From Octopus vulgaris (taxonomy: Eukaryota): DNA of 64,000 nucleotides. Positions 1 through 12,800 of the stretch are shown one piece after another. The stretch spans positions 20,150,001 to 20,214,000 of the forward strand of contig OX597817.1 of assembly GCA_951406725.2 (NCBI GenBank), read 5' to 3'. Each line of letters begins with the position of its first letter. The stretch's first letter is position 1. A program made the position numbers and the translations under genes. A model generated the notes under the pieces. The model was not told the DNA's origin. It saw only the letters and a list, made by a program, of their open reading frames with translations, and ran no database searches.

Positions 1-249
1 GTACATAAGATGAAGTCGGCAGGTAGGTTTTCTTTTAGGTGTGTTTGTGTTGTAATTGAAAGACATCAGTTTAGCTGTGTGTGACTGCATATGTCCAGGG
101 GCCTAGAAATAAGCGAAAACCGAAGCATAAGAGAGAAAGTGCCAGAAAGAGAATTACATGGTACGTAACTATCTATAGTTGGCCGGCGGTAATGCCACCT
201 GTCGGTAGTACTACCGGAAGTTGCAACTTATTCTAGAATATTCTGTAGC

Positions 250-1340
250 GAATATTAATCCGACTTTAAACGTAAGACAATAGTAAGAGGTTTATGATCT
301 GTAAAGATAGTAAAATATCTTCCCTCGAGAAAATATTTAAAAAATAACTATTTGACAGCCAGGGAAATCGCTAAAAGTTCTCTACCGAAAGTGCTATAGC
401 GTGTCACTGTTGAGCTGGCGAGTATACAATGCCAAAGGCTTCAGATTTCCTTGATAAGATTACAGAAATACTGAATCAACAGCTGAATCAAATACATCAA
501 CAGCCAGCCAAAAGCTTTGCATTAGATTTGGAGTGTGCCAATAACGATACTTTAGCAAGTTTACTTTTGATAGTTTGGAAATTCTCGGTAAGTGATGGTG
601 AAGGGGAGATAGCCTCAATCTTTTTTCTTTGCGATCCTTCAAATGAATAGTGACAGGGACCAATCTTTTCGCGCAGTGTGTGATAAAACATCGGTAAAAT
701 TTACCATACTTAGGAAACGGCGAATCTGCTTAAGAGCAGTGGAAGCGGTAAGTGGATGTGGAAGCGGTAAGACCATTGGAAGTGGTAAGTGGCGGTCAAA
801 GACGAAGAACCAAATACTTACTTGGCAGTGTTATTTTTCAGTTGGTAGTAACTGAGGCGGTGAAAAACCAGTGTTAGATGCTGAATATGTTCCTCCTTTT
901 TGTCTATAAACTTTGGACTACTAGTTGTATCCCGCAAACAAAAAACACATGGAGAGACATTCAAACGAACCAAAAGGTGTAGTGACACCAACCGTTGGTA
1001 TATCGCCTGGGTTGCGAGGAAAATGATGATACCCCCAGACGAGGTCACACCTGGAAAAAGCTGTATACTCATGAAAGGTAGAAGAAAAATCCTGCATGAG
1101 AAATAGGGTATCTATCCGGGATCGTAATAACATTTAACATGTTATAGCCCCCGACTGGACGAAAAAGAGCAGATCTTTCTTGAACCAAATGAAGAGGTGA
1201 AGACCATGCTCTAGTTCAGGGATGAATAAGCCCCAGCTGCAGCCTGTAGTCGAATTCGGCTTTCCCATCCTTGAGATTGTCTGAAGGTAAACGTCCAAAA
1301 CGAGCAAGGACTGGTGAACCGGTAACATTCCCTCAATGTT
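250..1340 (-). mobile_element. Degenerate Ty3/gypsy LTR retrotransposon pol fragment (RT and RNase H)
   Basis: Minus-strand translation with stops and frameshifts gives RT motifs (GSPVLARFGRL..AEFDYRLQLGLIHP*TRAWSSPLHLV..RPVGGYNMLNVITIPDRYPI; FSRCDLVWGYHH..VTTPFGSFE) and RNase H motifs (LAVDVFDSAV; RYSTFGRELLAISLAVK..YFLEGRYFTIFTDHKPLT). Confidence 0.93.
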
Positions 1341-1670
1341 TCGTAGAGCACATCTTTTTACATCTCTTTAACGCCGAAACGTATATATAGTTAATCAAAG
1401 TCGGATGGATTCGTTATGTTATCTCTTTATTTGCGTGAGTTGTAAAGTACTGCTGTCTGGGAGATAGTTTATGGTAGTGGAATAGTATTTTAATTGCTAT
1501 TTCTAAATTTCTGTATGTGGTGAAGCAAATTTTGCTGAACCCTAATTATAATTATGCTCATGATTATAGAATTTTTGAATAAGTTAACCGATAATGGTTC
1601 TTTTAACATACCGAACTACTTGGTAAAATTATTAATTGATTAATCAATTTTACACCCTATTATATATATA

Positions 1671-1795
1671 TATTATATAGAAGGAGCTTCTACAGGACTA
1701 GAACTGTTTCATTCAAAATAAATCATCAGGAAGCTCCTGATGATTTCTTTCGAATTTAACAGTTCTAGTCCTGTAGAAGCTCCTTCTATATAATA
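1671..1795. repeat. ~125 bp near-perfect palindrome, probably an inverted PLE pseudo-LTR remnant
   Basis: tattatatagaaggagcttctacaggactagaactgtt... is mirrored by ...aacagttctagtcctgtagaagctccttctatataata, with the centre at about 1733. Confidence 0.9.
1685..1735 (-). ncRNA. Type I hammerhead ribozyme motif
   Basis: Minus strand reads agcttc CTGATGA tttattttgaat GAAA cag ttctagtc ctg TA gaagct: perfect 6-bp stem I, intact core, 3-bp stem III, GUA cleavage triplet. Stem II is weak. Confidence 0.75.
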
Positions 1796-1863
1796 AATTA
1801 ATTTACTCTGCTATGTATTGAGTACCTTATTTACTGTGGTTAACCCCGACTCAACCCGGGACC

Positions 1864-1946
<83 letters not shown>

Positions 1947-2165
1947 TTTTGATTTGTAAATGTTTGCCTGTGCATATGTGTTAAATTTTGAAGCAAGTAA
2001 GTAAATAATCCTACGATAGCTAAGAACACTTTTAATTCCAGTGCACAATATACAAGGGAGGCTTTTGGAAAATAATTAGGTAGTATAAGTGTAGTGGAAG
2101 AATATAGCAGCTACTGTAATACAATTAATGTAGAAAATACATCATACGCACTGTATAGAAAGGAC

Positions 2166-2203
<38 letters not shown>

Positions 2204-2206
<3 letters not shown>

Positions 2207-2340
2207 TAACCAGCCCCATGGTCCGAGTTCCATCCCACTGCGTCGCACCTTGGGTAAGTGTCTTCTACTATAGCTTCGGGCCGACCAAAGCCTTGTGAGT
2301 GGATTTGGTAGATGGAAACTGAAAGTAGCCAGTCGTATAA

Positions 2341-2384
<44 letters not shown>

Positions 2385-2594
2385 ATTTTTGTCTCTGTGT
2401 TTGTCCCCCCAACGTCGCTTGACAATCGATGCTGGTGTGTCTAGGTCTCCGTAACTTAGCGGTTCGGCAAAAGAGCCGATAAAATAAGTACAAGGCTTAC
2501 AAAGAAGAAGTCCTGGGGTCAATTTATTCGACAAAAAGTAGTGCTCCAGCATGGCCGCAGTCAACTGCATGAAACAATTAAAAGAGTAAAAGAA
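2204..2594 (+). mobile_element. tRNA-derived SINE family A, head truncated
   Basis: Matches the other copies in the window (cccactgcg..accttggg..gtgtcttctactatagc; internal (TA)n(TG)n; gtgctccagcatggccgcagtc; TAAAAGAG tail). Confidence 0.9.
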
Positions 2595-4012
2595 TATAAA
2601 TATAAAGCATATCTGGGATGAATGTTCATTCATTTTGTGCTTTTCAAATTTAATTTCAATTGATGGCATCCCAAAATATTGCTGTTGTAAAAAATATATA
2701 ATCTCGTCTTTTTATTACTCAATTTCTTTCTTTCATTCTGTCTATTACGTCTAATAATAACCGAATAGCAATTTTCTTTCTAGATATACCTAAATAGAAA
2801 TATATTAATAAATAAATAAGACTGATATTAAATTTTTGGAAACTAATAGTCAATAATTAGCCGAGTTATTGGATATAATAAGCTCACATCAAGTTAAAGG
2901 GATACCTTAGAGTAAAAATACTTCAAACTGTATAAAAAATTTGAAGGAAAAATTATAGTAATACAAATCATGCACACACCATATAGGAACCGCGGCCATA
3001 TATACATGCAAACATGTGGAAGCATATATATATACACATTGCTTACATATACTGTCAGTTAAACAAATATAATATACTGATGCTATTAAATACAGAAGTA
3101 CAAAGCATATTACAAAAATGAAGAAATATAATATAGTTAAATGTTAAACATGTAAAGTAAACTAGAGATAGGGTAATACATACATGCACACAGACTTATG
3201 AGCATGCATGAATATGTACTTGCATATACACAGACACATTCAAACATATAGATAAAAGAGGAAGTGAGAGAGAGAGAGAAATAGTGATAGATTGCTGATA
3301 CATGTATATATGGTATACAACGACATACATACTTGTTTGGAGAAATAAATGCCCATGTATGTATGTGTGTATATATGAATACATACATACATATACATTG
3401 AAATACACTGACGGGCAACGTTATAATATTCAGCGAAATTCTCTGAGAACTAGAATTGTCTAAAAAATCAAATTTAAATTTCAGACTGGCTTTGAGAAAA
3501 TAGAATAAAATAATCGTATGCTGCCTGCTGAAACCAAGTATTTTCTGGTGAATGTCTTCAATCTAATTGCCATTGCAGGTTAGCGAAATTCCAAATTATA
3601 GGCATACACCACATCATTTCTTTTAGATTGCTGAATTTTGATAACAGACTCTTTGCAAAAAATAATCTGAAAGCAAAATCACAAAAGAACAAAACACAAC
3701 AAAAAATTAAAAAGAATTAAACCAAACTGAAAATAGATTCAAAATTAAGCATTTGTGATTTCTATTTTAGTTATATGTTTTTCTTGATTATTTTCTCTTG
3801 TTTTTGTATTTATCTTATCTTGGAATTCTTTGTCAGTGCGAAATATTATATGTGTTGCCTGTCTGTGCTGACGGTGTATTAGGCTCGTTAATTTTCATGC
3901 TTCTGCATATTTAAATCTGTATTTATTTTGAATATTGTGAGGTGTATGAAATTTCTAAAACATTCAACATAATAACCAAATTCACACACACACTCACACA
4001 CACACACACACA

Positions 4013-4058
<46 letters not shown>

Positions 4059-4325
4059 TACACTCACGCACACAGAGCTTTAAACTTCCCTTATATATTG
4101 ATCAGTGCGCCTAGAACCTGACGGTTATGGATTATGAGTGACATTTTTATATTTATCTGTGTATATATATATTATATGATATTTTCATATGCATGTATTA
4201 AAGTTTTACGTGTTGTTTCAAGTGTGGAAATACATTGCTATGTTGAATTTGTGTGTTTGATATATATAGAAAACGAGAATTAGTACGTCTTTCCTTCAAC
4301 AAAAATTGTGTTTGTGGTTCTGTGT

Positions 4326-4515
4326 GCATATCCGTGGAATAAGCTGCAGGACGTGATGGTGAAGATGCCGACGACCGCTCGGTTCAAAGTCTCCCTTGAC
4401 CACAAGTGGCCTGAACTCTTTACATGAACACCACCCTGTACATAACTCCATGTCCCCTTACATGGCCTTGCTTTTTGCTTTTTGAGCCAAAAAATTAACT
4501 AACTAACTAACTAAC
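4326..4515 (+). mobile_element. CR1-clade LINE 3' end
   Basis: Translates PWNKLQDVMVKMPTTARFKVSLDHKWPELFT*, then a short 3' UTR and (TAAC)n tail. A second copy lies at 34031-34252 (-). Confidence 0.85.
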
Positions 4516-4899
4516 CTATACATGTATGTGCGCTCGCGCACGTGTGGATATGTTTACGTGTATATCGGCGAGTGTTTACGTGCGCTTTGCTGCCTCAATT
4601 TATGAATTAATTTGAATGGAATTTTACATATTCCGAGAGAATGGGACAAATATTCGCAGGGTGACATAATTACAGGAACCAGGTTAAAACGTAAGCAGAA
4701 ATGCACATTATTCTCGTTCTGAATTATAATACACTACAAATAAACTGTAAAGTGTCCACTGTTTGCGAACCGACTATTAGAAAAACACGTTCCACTTTCG
4801 TTTCTGTTGTAATGTACGGGCGACGTTACATGTATATTTGGACATATTTAATCTCTTATTAAATAAGACCAGTAAGTCTACTTCGCTCAAAATAAGTAT

Positions 4900-5050
4900 T
4901 CTGGCTACACAGCAGAAGACTTACAATCTTTCTGAGGAAGAGCGTAGGCTCGAAACGTTGAGGACTTTTTCATTTCTCGAGCGGTATACAAGTAAATCTG
5001 TTTATTGTCTACACTACCTGTCTTCGTCGTTTGTTTTGTTTGTGAATTCT

Positions 5051-5054
<4 letters not shown>
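4900..5054 (+). mobile_element. Solo PLE pseudo-LTR-like unit ending in (TA)n
   Basis: Hammerhead followed by a ~90 bp T-rich tail abutting (TA)n. Related to 15160-15320, 24375-24598 and 26589-26767. Confidence 0.65.
4927..4964 (+). ncRNA. Minimal PLE-type hammerhead ribozyme motif
   Basis: tcttt CTGAGGA a gagc-gtag-gctc GAAA cgtt gagga: intact core, 4-bp stem II, palindromic AACGTT in place of stem III, stem I with GU pairs. Confidence 0.75.
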
Positions 5055-5098
<44 letters not shown>

Positions 5099-5104
5099 TC
5101 AATG

Positions 5105-5262
5105 ATGGTGACCTCTTAAAAAAACAGGTGCAGTTTGGTTATCACTGCAAGACATTTTGCTTTCTTTCTTTCTTCCACTTTCCTTCTTTTTTCGTCTTTC
5201 TTTTTCTCCACTTTGAGTTATATTTAATATATATATATATATATATATAAAGAAACATATAT

Positions 5263-5340
<78 letters not shown>

Positions 5341-5503
5341 AAAATTGAATTTTGGGAAAAAAAGACACTACATTTTGTATTCTAAATATAACTCAAAGTG
5401 GAAAAAAAGAGAGAAAGAGGGAAATAGAAGGAAAGTGGAAGAAAGAAAGAAAAATATATTTCAGTGATAACCAAACTGCACCTTTTTTTGAAGAGGTCAC
5501 CAT
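5105..5503. repeat. Inverted repeat with ~120 bp arms around a (TA)n spacer
   Basis: 5105-5226 (atggtgacctctt..aggtgcagtttggttatcactg..ccactttgagttatattta) is the reverse complement of 5383-5503, with scattered mismatches. Confidence 0.9.
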
Positions 5504-5959
5504 AATTAAACCCATTCCAATACAATGTTAAAGGACTAAATAAAGAAATGAATGGTAAATAGTAAGGCTATACTCATTCTCTATCCACCTCTACCTTTCT
5601 ATCTATCTCTGTCTGACTACCTATGTATCTATCTATCAATCTATCTGTCTATCAACCAGCCTCTACGCACACATATATTTCTAGCTATCCTTCTCCATTG
5701 TCATGGAATCTCCCCACCACCCCAAAAAAACAATGTTCTCTTCTAAACAAAACTCACTAAAAACATCTGTTTTATATATATGAACAAGCTGTTTCTACAT
5801 TCACATTTTAGTTGACAAGTTCGAGAAAGGAACAAACCCGCTAATAATAATGAAGAAATAAAAAATCATTTTTCCAAAATTCTGACGACTTTTTTCTCAA
5901 TACATACATATATATATACACACACATACACACACACACACACGCACACGCACACACGC

Positions 5960-6028
<69 letters not shown>

Positions 6029-6804
6029 CAGTTACACACAGACATATGCACACGTTCATATATATACACACACACACGTGTGTGTTTGCTCTCGCCTTGA
6101 AGTCGTGGATTATGCGCCTTCGTCTAATTATTAAAATAGCCTTATTATAGATCACCCATCCATATGTCATATATTTCCAATAGTAATAATTATTACATTG
6201 TAAAAAAGCTATTTGAGTGGAGAGATACAGAGAAAAAGAGTTAGAATTACGGTGTTTGAGGGGAAGAGGAGGGAAGTTTTATTAAGAGCGAGAGGCAACA
6301 AGAAAGTGTCAGGGGTCAAACCGTCATGTGATTAGGGGAAGTGAGATGTGAAGAGATGTAGAAAGGGATAAAAAATAACGACGTGAAAAGGGGAATATCA
6401 TGGTTAAAAATTTAGTTGAAGTAAGCGGTAGAGAGAAAAAGTGCGAAAAATATGTAGTGTTTAGCACAGATAAATATTAAACATCACATATTATTGTGAC
6501 TGAAATGAGAATAACATTTTAATTTTGAAATTTTTATATATTGAACAGGTGCTCGATTAAAATTTTTATTCCTATCGACAAATGCATTGCAGGTTGGATG
6601 TGGAAAGACGCCTTATATTAAATAATATAGAAAACATATATTAGATATGAGAATAAAGTTATATTAGATAGAATACTATATTTCATAGAATATTGATAGA
6701 AAGATAGATTTCTTGCATTCTTTCTATATTGTTTTCTTTATATATATTGACTTTATCTCACGTTCAGCAAAACTGTATCAAATTTACGTTATTTTCCTTA
6801 TTTA

Positions 6805-7050
6805 GGGCATATGGCGTAGTGGTTAAGAGCACGGGCTAATATTCCGAGTTCGATTCCAGGCTGTGACCTGAATAATAATAATAATAATAATGATAATAAT
6901 AATAATAATACTTACATCAAAAAATACCTTAAGAATGAGAACCCAAATTCGAAATTTCCCCACGTTGTGTTAACAACAATCAAGATGAGGACAATTATCC
7001 GTCAAATGTAAATAACGTACGTAATTCCTCATCTCTTAAATATAGAACTT
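6805..7050 (+). mobile_element. tRNA-headed SINE family D (hammerhead-bearing family); this copy has lost most of the ribozyme
   Basis: A box TGGCGTAGTGG, B box GAGTTCGATTCC, internal (AAT)n. The body aligns to 8314-8630 except for a deletion across the hammerhead that leaves acgttgtgtt. Confidence 0.85.
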
Positions 7051-7189
7051 TATGTATCAAATTTGCATCTCACACACACATAGAATATTGATAGAAAGAT
7101 AGATTTTTCAATGAAAGTAAAATAACTTACAAAATATCTAAGGACGTTATGTTTTTCTCATTTGTTATACGAACTTTGTATTGCCAGAC

Positions 7190-7460
7190 TTGAGAAAGAC
7201 ACCGAGAGAAATAAAATTAGATATAAACAAACAGCTGAACTGGTAATGAAATCGAAAATAATCTTCGTTGGAAAACAACTTTGACTGAACTTTGTTACTA
7301 AAAACTATAATAGTTGGTGGTGCTGAAAGTGATGGAAGGAAACAAGAGAAGGTTTGTGTTGGTAAAAGCAAGGAGGTAAAGAGAAGCAATGTCGAATCAC
7401 TAGAACAAGCATAGGAACAGCAGCGTGTAGAAGGGAAAATATGAATCAAAGTATTTACCG
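7190..7460 (+). mobile_element. Decayed non-LTR retrotransposon fragment, homologous to 30860-31190
   Basis: gtcgaatcactagaacaagcataggaacagcagcgtgtagaagggaaaatatgaatca aligns with the reverse complement of about 30965-31025. Confidence 0.5.
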
Positions 7461-8313
7461 TGGAATTGAAGCGGGTACTGCTAGTTAAATAGAATTGCCG
7501 AAATGTAAATAAGCTGTAACGTCAGCTGTTCGGCATCCAGACAGCCGTGCAACATGGTAGGTATACATTGTCACATTTTCATGAAACATATATTTGTATA
7601 TGTCTGTTAAAGTAAAGCACATTATCTGTGTGCGTTCTAGATGAACATGAACGAAACTTAAATGATGGAGAAGGACCATGCTGTCACAAAGAATATGTAA
7701 AGGTGAAAACCACGCCTTCGCGAAAGTTTAATAACTTTGTTATACGCTTTACAAGGTAATTTAATTTGTGCACCTGGTGTTCCATTTTATATTAATCATC
7801 AGCACTCTTGTATGTATTCCTTGCAAGAAACAGACATCCTAGATATTGGGCTCGCATTATATCATATATATAATTATAAATATATAAAATGAATGCAATA
7901 TTTGTAAATGCAGAATTCTAGATTCAATATATTTCTCTTGGCAACTTTAGGTGCGAATCACTTTTGTTCAGAAAAATCTTAAATGCATACTGACTGATAA
8001 GGCTTCATTTACTTGGATTTCTTTGGACAGAATGTATTATTTTTAAGGAGGTTTACATTTGATATTTTGGATAATTTTATACAAACGTATAGATACATGT
8101 GAACGTTTGGGACATTTGATGTAAATGTGCCTTATTTTATTGATTATTACCGAGTGAACATCATTGAATCCCATTGAACACTTACATATTAAAAGAACAT
8201 ATCTTGTAAGTGCCAGTATTATTTTTAATTCTGTTTTGCATCCCTAAATCATTAACGTAATGCCTAGCTCATTAAGTTCATTAGTGCGTGTGTGTGATGC
8301 AAATTTGATACAT

Positions 8314-8630
8314 ACAGTTCTATATTTCTGAGATGAGGAATTAGGTACATTATTTACCTTTGACGGATACTTGCCCTCATCTTGCTTGTTGTTAATACAA
8401 TGTTTTTGGCTGATATACTCTCCAGCCATCATCAGGTATCTTGGGGGAAATTTCGAATTTGGAATCTCATTCCTAATGTATTTTTCGATGTAATTATTAT
8501 TATTATTATTATTATTACTAGTATTATTATTATTATTACTATTATTATTATTATTATTATTACTCAGGTCACAGCCTGGAATCGAACTCGGAATATTAGC
8601 CCGTGCTCTTAACCACTACGCCATATGCCC
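8314..8630 (-). mobile_element. tRNA-headed SINE family D carrying a hammerhead motif
   Basis: Same A/B-box head as 6805, then (AAT)n, a hammerhead at 8394-8440 and a tail ending aaatatagaactg. Confidence 0.85.
8394..8440 (-). ncRNA. Minimal hammerhead motif inside a SINE, mutated in this copy
   Basis: gatac CTGATGA tggctg-gagagtatat-cagcca AAAA catt gtatt: stems I and II pair, GAAA reads AAAA. The paralog retains acgtt gtgtt. Confidence 0.7.
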
Positions 8631-10723
8631 TAAATAAGGAAAATAACGTAAATTTGATACAGTTTTGCTGAACGTGAGATAAAGTCAATATATATAAAAA
8701 AAAACAATATAGAAAGAATGCAAGAATTTACGAGCTGCTTTTAGATCCATTGGCTGACATTTTTCGTATTACTATGCCACTTATTTTGATTTTTCAAAAA
8801 CTGAACATTTCCAAATAATTAGAATATAAATATTAATAAACTCTTAAAGGAAAGAAAAATTTGCAGGGTAGAACTGAGAAGCTATACTCTAGTTTATGTA
8901 TATTATCAATTATTATGCAATAATCTTTATCAATGTCCGCTGTCAATAGAGATAAAATTCTATCGTATGATATATGCGTATGTAGTAGAAATATTTTGCG
9001 GGTGATAGTAGAGGATAACCTATCACGAGCTTAAATTATGCACCAGCATGTCGTTCAGTTTCTCAGAAAAAGTAACATCGTATTTTCCGACGTTTCTTTT
9101 CACTTAGATATTAAAATACTAGCTTTAAACAGACGTGAATACTCCTTGGAATAATTTTGCGTCCATTCATGAAGAAACATTCAAAGGGATATGCTACACC
9201 GTTTGAAATTTCAGCCAAGGAACTACTTGCACAAATACGAAAGTTTTGTGGAAAGTAGAAGTAAACAAAGAGTACTCTATCAAAAGAATAACGGAATAGT
9301 GGGGAGAGGAAAAAAAGAACTCACTTTATATGCAATTCACATTCTTAAGACTTTCAACCAAATTTTCACTGGTAGTACTTTATCAGCAAATAGAGAGACG
9401 GAAGAATAGTACCATTTCTCCTTTTGAGATACACATTATCCACAAATGTCAATTAATTACGAAGCCTATCAAGTAATAATCAGAAGTGATTAGAGTATAC
9501 AAGATAACAAAGCTACTATGCAATTTGCATCATAGTATTTCAAGTTATTTAATTGTTTATAAATGGGAAGTCTTTATTGTGCTAATTCTCTTTTAATTTA
9601 ATTACTCACATTTATGCAAGAATGCAAATGACAATATCTTGTAGCATTATAATCTAGTAATATTGGAGCAGTAATGATAGGTTAATAACAAAACAATGAA
9701 TTTCAACATGCGATTAGTCTATTGAGTGTGTGTTTAAATTAAAGGAAATTCCAGTTACGATTATTCGGCAAACGGATTTTGGTTGTATACTACTAACATT
9801 AAAACATTCTAGAAATCAATTTAATTTTCTTAATATAAAATAAAACAATAATAAACTGAAAAGAATTAAAATGTTCGTAAACTTGTCATGGGCTCCATGC
9901 TATCTTTTCTTGAAGTTATCACATTTGACTATTAAATTGTTGATTCGATAATTTCGGTATTACTGTCACATTTACAGGCATTATTATACTAGCATCATGT
10001 AACTGTGGTACTTTATATTCCTTCATATCATTAATGGTTGACGTTTATTAACTGTTTGCTGCCGGTTAGTGATCCAATCCAATTTTCATTGCGCTTAAAA
10101 TGGAAAGTCATAATATTTTGCAAAAATATAAACTCTTTCAGTTTTCTGTTCCAAAGGATTCATTATGGCATCTACTACTTGGTTTCGTTTTAATTAGGGA
10201 TATTCTTTGGATGTTTAAATTAAGTATCGTACATTTTGTCATTCATCAATACTCTAAATAATTTGTTTTTCTCGCAAGAGGTAGTTCGTAACGAAGCGCA
10301 GACAGAAGTGTTGAACGATGGCTGAAGCCAAAAATCATTTATTTGTACTACACGTATCTATATTAGATACTACGATACTTATTTCACTAAATGTCTTCCG
10401 TCCAAAATGTCATTAGGAATGAAAAACTATATTAAGAACATCATACATATATTGTTTGACTATGTGCACGTGGTGTTAGGGGTGTTAGAGGTGTCAAGAG
10501 GTGTTAGAACACGCATTTTATGGTCACTGTCATTGATAAAAGTTGTAGGGAACGTTGCAGAATATTCTAGCCAGCTATTCGTCAAACGGGACGACACAAT
10601 TCACACCAATTTTACGAAACGTCCAAGTATGTTCTTTGTTTTACTTAATATGTGTGACTTACATTCGGCAAACGGTCTTCATTCACCGTGCATCTTCGGT
10701 ATTTGAGTGAGAAGAAGAAGAAG

Positions 10724-10782
<59 letters not shown>

Positions 10783-10866
10783 AGTGAGAGTGAGATTTTG
10801 AGTCGAGGTGTAAATAGAAAAAATCTACTGCAAAATTGAACGAATGGAAAAGTAATAGCTCTGACA

Positions 10867-11074
10867 TGTTTCTGTCATTAGACTGCGGCTACTATGGTGC
10901 ACCATATTCAGACGCTTTTAGTCGAACGAATGAAACTCAGTGCTTTTTTAGCATGTAGTACATCTATCTGTTTCTTTTACCGAACCGCTAAGCCACAGTG
11001 ACGCAAGCGGTGAGATGTCAAGCACAGACATACACACACACACACAAACACACACGCACACACACGCACTGTCT

Positions 11075-11141
<67 letters not shown>

Positions 11142-11275
11142 CATAGATAAATATATACTACATGTTTCTTTAAGTTTCCGTCTACCAAATCCACTCCCGA
11201 GGCTTTGGTCGACCGGAGGCTATAGTAGAAGGCACTTGCCCAAAGTTCTACTCAGTGGGGTGGAACCCAGAACCA
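10867..11275 (-). mobile_element. SINE family A, diverged copy
   Basis: Reverse-complement match (ccgaaccgctaag; tttccgtctaccaaatccactc; ggctatagtagaaggcacttgccc). Confidence 0.85.
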
Positions 11276-11982
11276 AACCTTCGCATAACTAAAGAAAAGC
11301 TTAACACTGTATATGCAGTGATGTAGATAGGTTTTTTTCCCCGAAAAAAAATAAGAGAACATATTTTGAACTATAACCTCAATCGATCCCGCGACCTTGT
11401 TTCACTTCGTTAGGCATACTATTTGCTTGCTGCTTGAGAGTTATCAACGTTTATCGGACCAGAAAATCTAGTAGTGAACATGGCATTGAATATCGTACTG
11501 ATGATATCTGCCTGGTGTTTACTAAAAATATTGCTTATAGAAGTGAGAATGAGCTGCAGGTTTGACGGGGATTTTTGAAGAAACTACTGATTTGAAATAT
11601 GTTCCTACAATTTAATTTAATACACAACGTTTGCCCCATTCTATATTTCAAACATCCTCAATCTCTGATGCTTTCATTTAAGTTCTCATGCAGTAGTGCA
11701 TTAAATAAATTCTTTCAGCTTTATGTGGTGGTTTCAATTTGATGGAAAAATTTAACAATTGTCTGCGTCCATGGGCTAACTCAGGTTACAATGCACAGAA
11801 ACTTACCTTCACGGTAAATGATAATATAGGTAATATTATGTAGCTATCTTTGATTTGAGCAAAGAGCAAAATAATGTGATTCAGACAATGTCCCCTATCT
11901 TCAAGAACTGCAGCATGATCTTTCTTTATATTTTAATGTGGCGGGAAAAGTTGGTGAGTCAATTACGTTTACATCTCCTAAG

Positions 11983-12060
<78 letters not shown>

Positions 12061-12100
12061 CTTAATTGGAAGAAGAAGAAAACGACGCGTGCGTTAAATC

Positions 12101-12438
12101 ATATAATAATAATTTAATAAATAAAACATATGCATACATACATACATACATACATACATACATACATACATACATACATGCATACATACATACGTACATA
12201 CATATATGTACGGGCAGCTGAAGAAGGGTATTATTCCTTGTGTTGTTTGTCTTGTACTCTGTTTCTTTGTTGTTAAAAAAGTCCGTTTCCTTGTTTGGTT
12301 TTATGCTTTCGTTTCTCGTTGTGTTCTACGTTTATTTGTGGTGTCCTGTACTCATATATGCATGTATATATACATATAGATGTAGGTATGTAAATATATG
12401 TATGTATGCATATGTTTTAGTTTTATTTATTAAATTGT

Positions 12439-12447
<9 letters not shown>
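12101..12447. mobile_element. Short element with ~45 bp inverted arms, probably a PLE pseudo-LTR remnant
   Basis: 12101-12144 is the reverse complement of 12397-12447. The interior (gctgaagaaggg..tgtcctgtactcat) resembles 50345-50500 (-). Confidence 0.55.
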
Positions 12448-12498
<51 letters not shown>

Positions 12499-12592
12499 AT
12501 ATATATATCTAATATAGGATAGAATTTTTCGAAAAAAATTCTATCAATGACCAGCATATTAAAAATTACCTTTAAAGGTTAAATTTATAAAT

Positions 12593-12659
<67 letters not shown>

Positions 12660-12800
12660 GCTGGTAATTAATTTATTGACCCGGAAAGGATGACCGGCAA
12701 AGTCGACCTCGGAGGAATTTGAACTCAGAACGTAAAGACGGACGGAATGACATTAAGCATTCCTCTCAGCATGCTATCATTTCTGTAAGCTTGCCGCTTT
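12660..12800 (-). mobile_element. tRNA-derived SINE family C, partial
   Basis: gcaaagtcgacctcggaggaatttgaactcagaacg is the reverse complement of the family C core at 22218. Confidence 0.85.

Noticed and set aside
6805-6865. Functional tRNA genes here and at 35082, 41056 and 55560
   Set aside because: A and B boxes are present, but the cloverleafs are incomplete and run into repeated SINE bodies.
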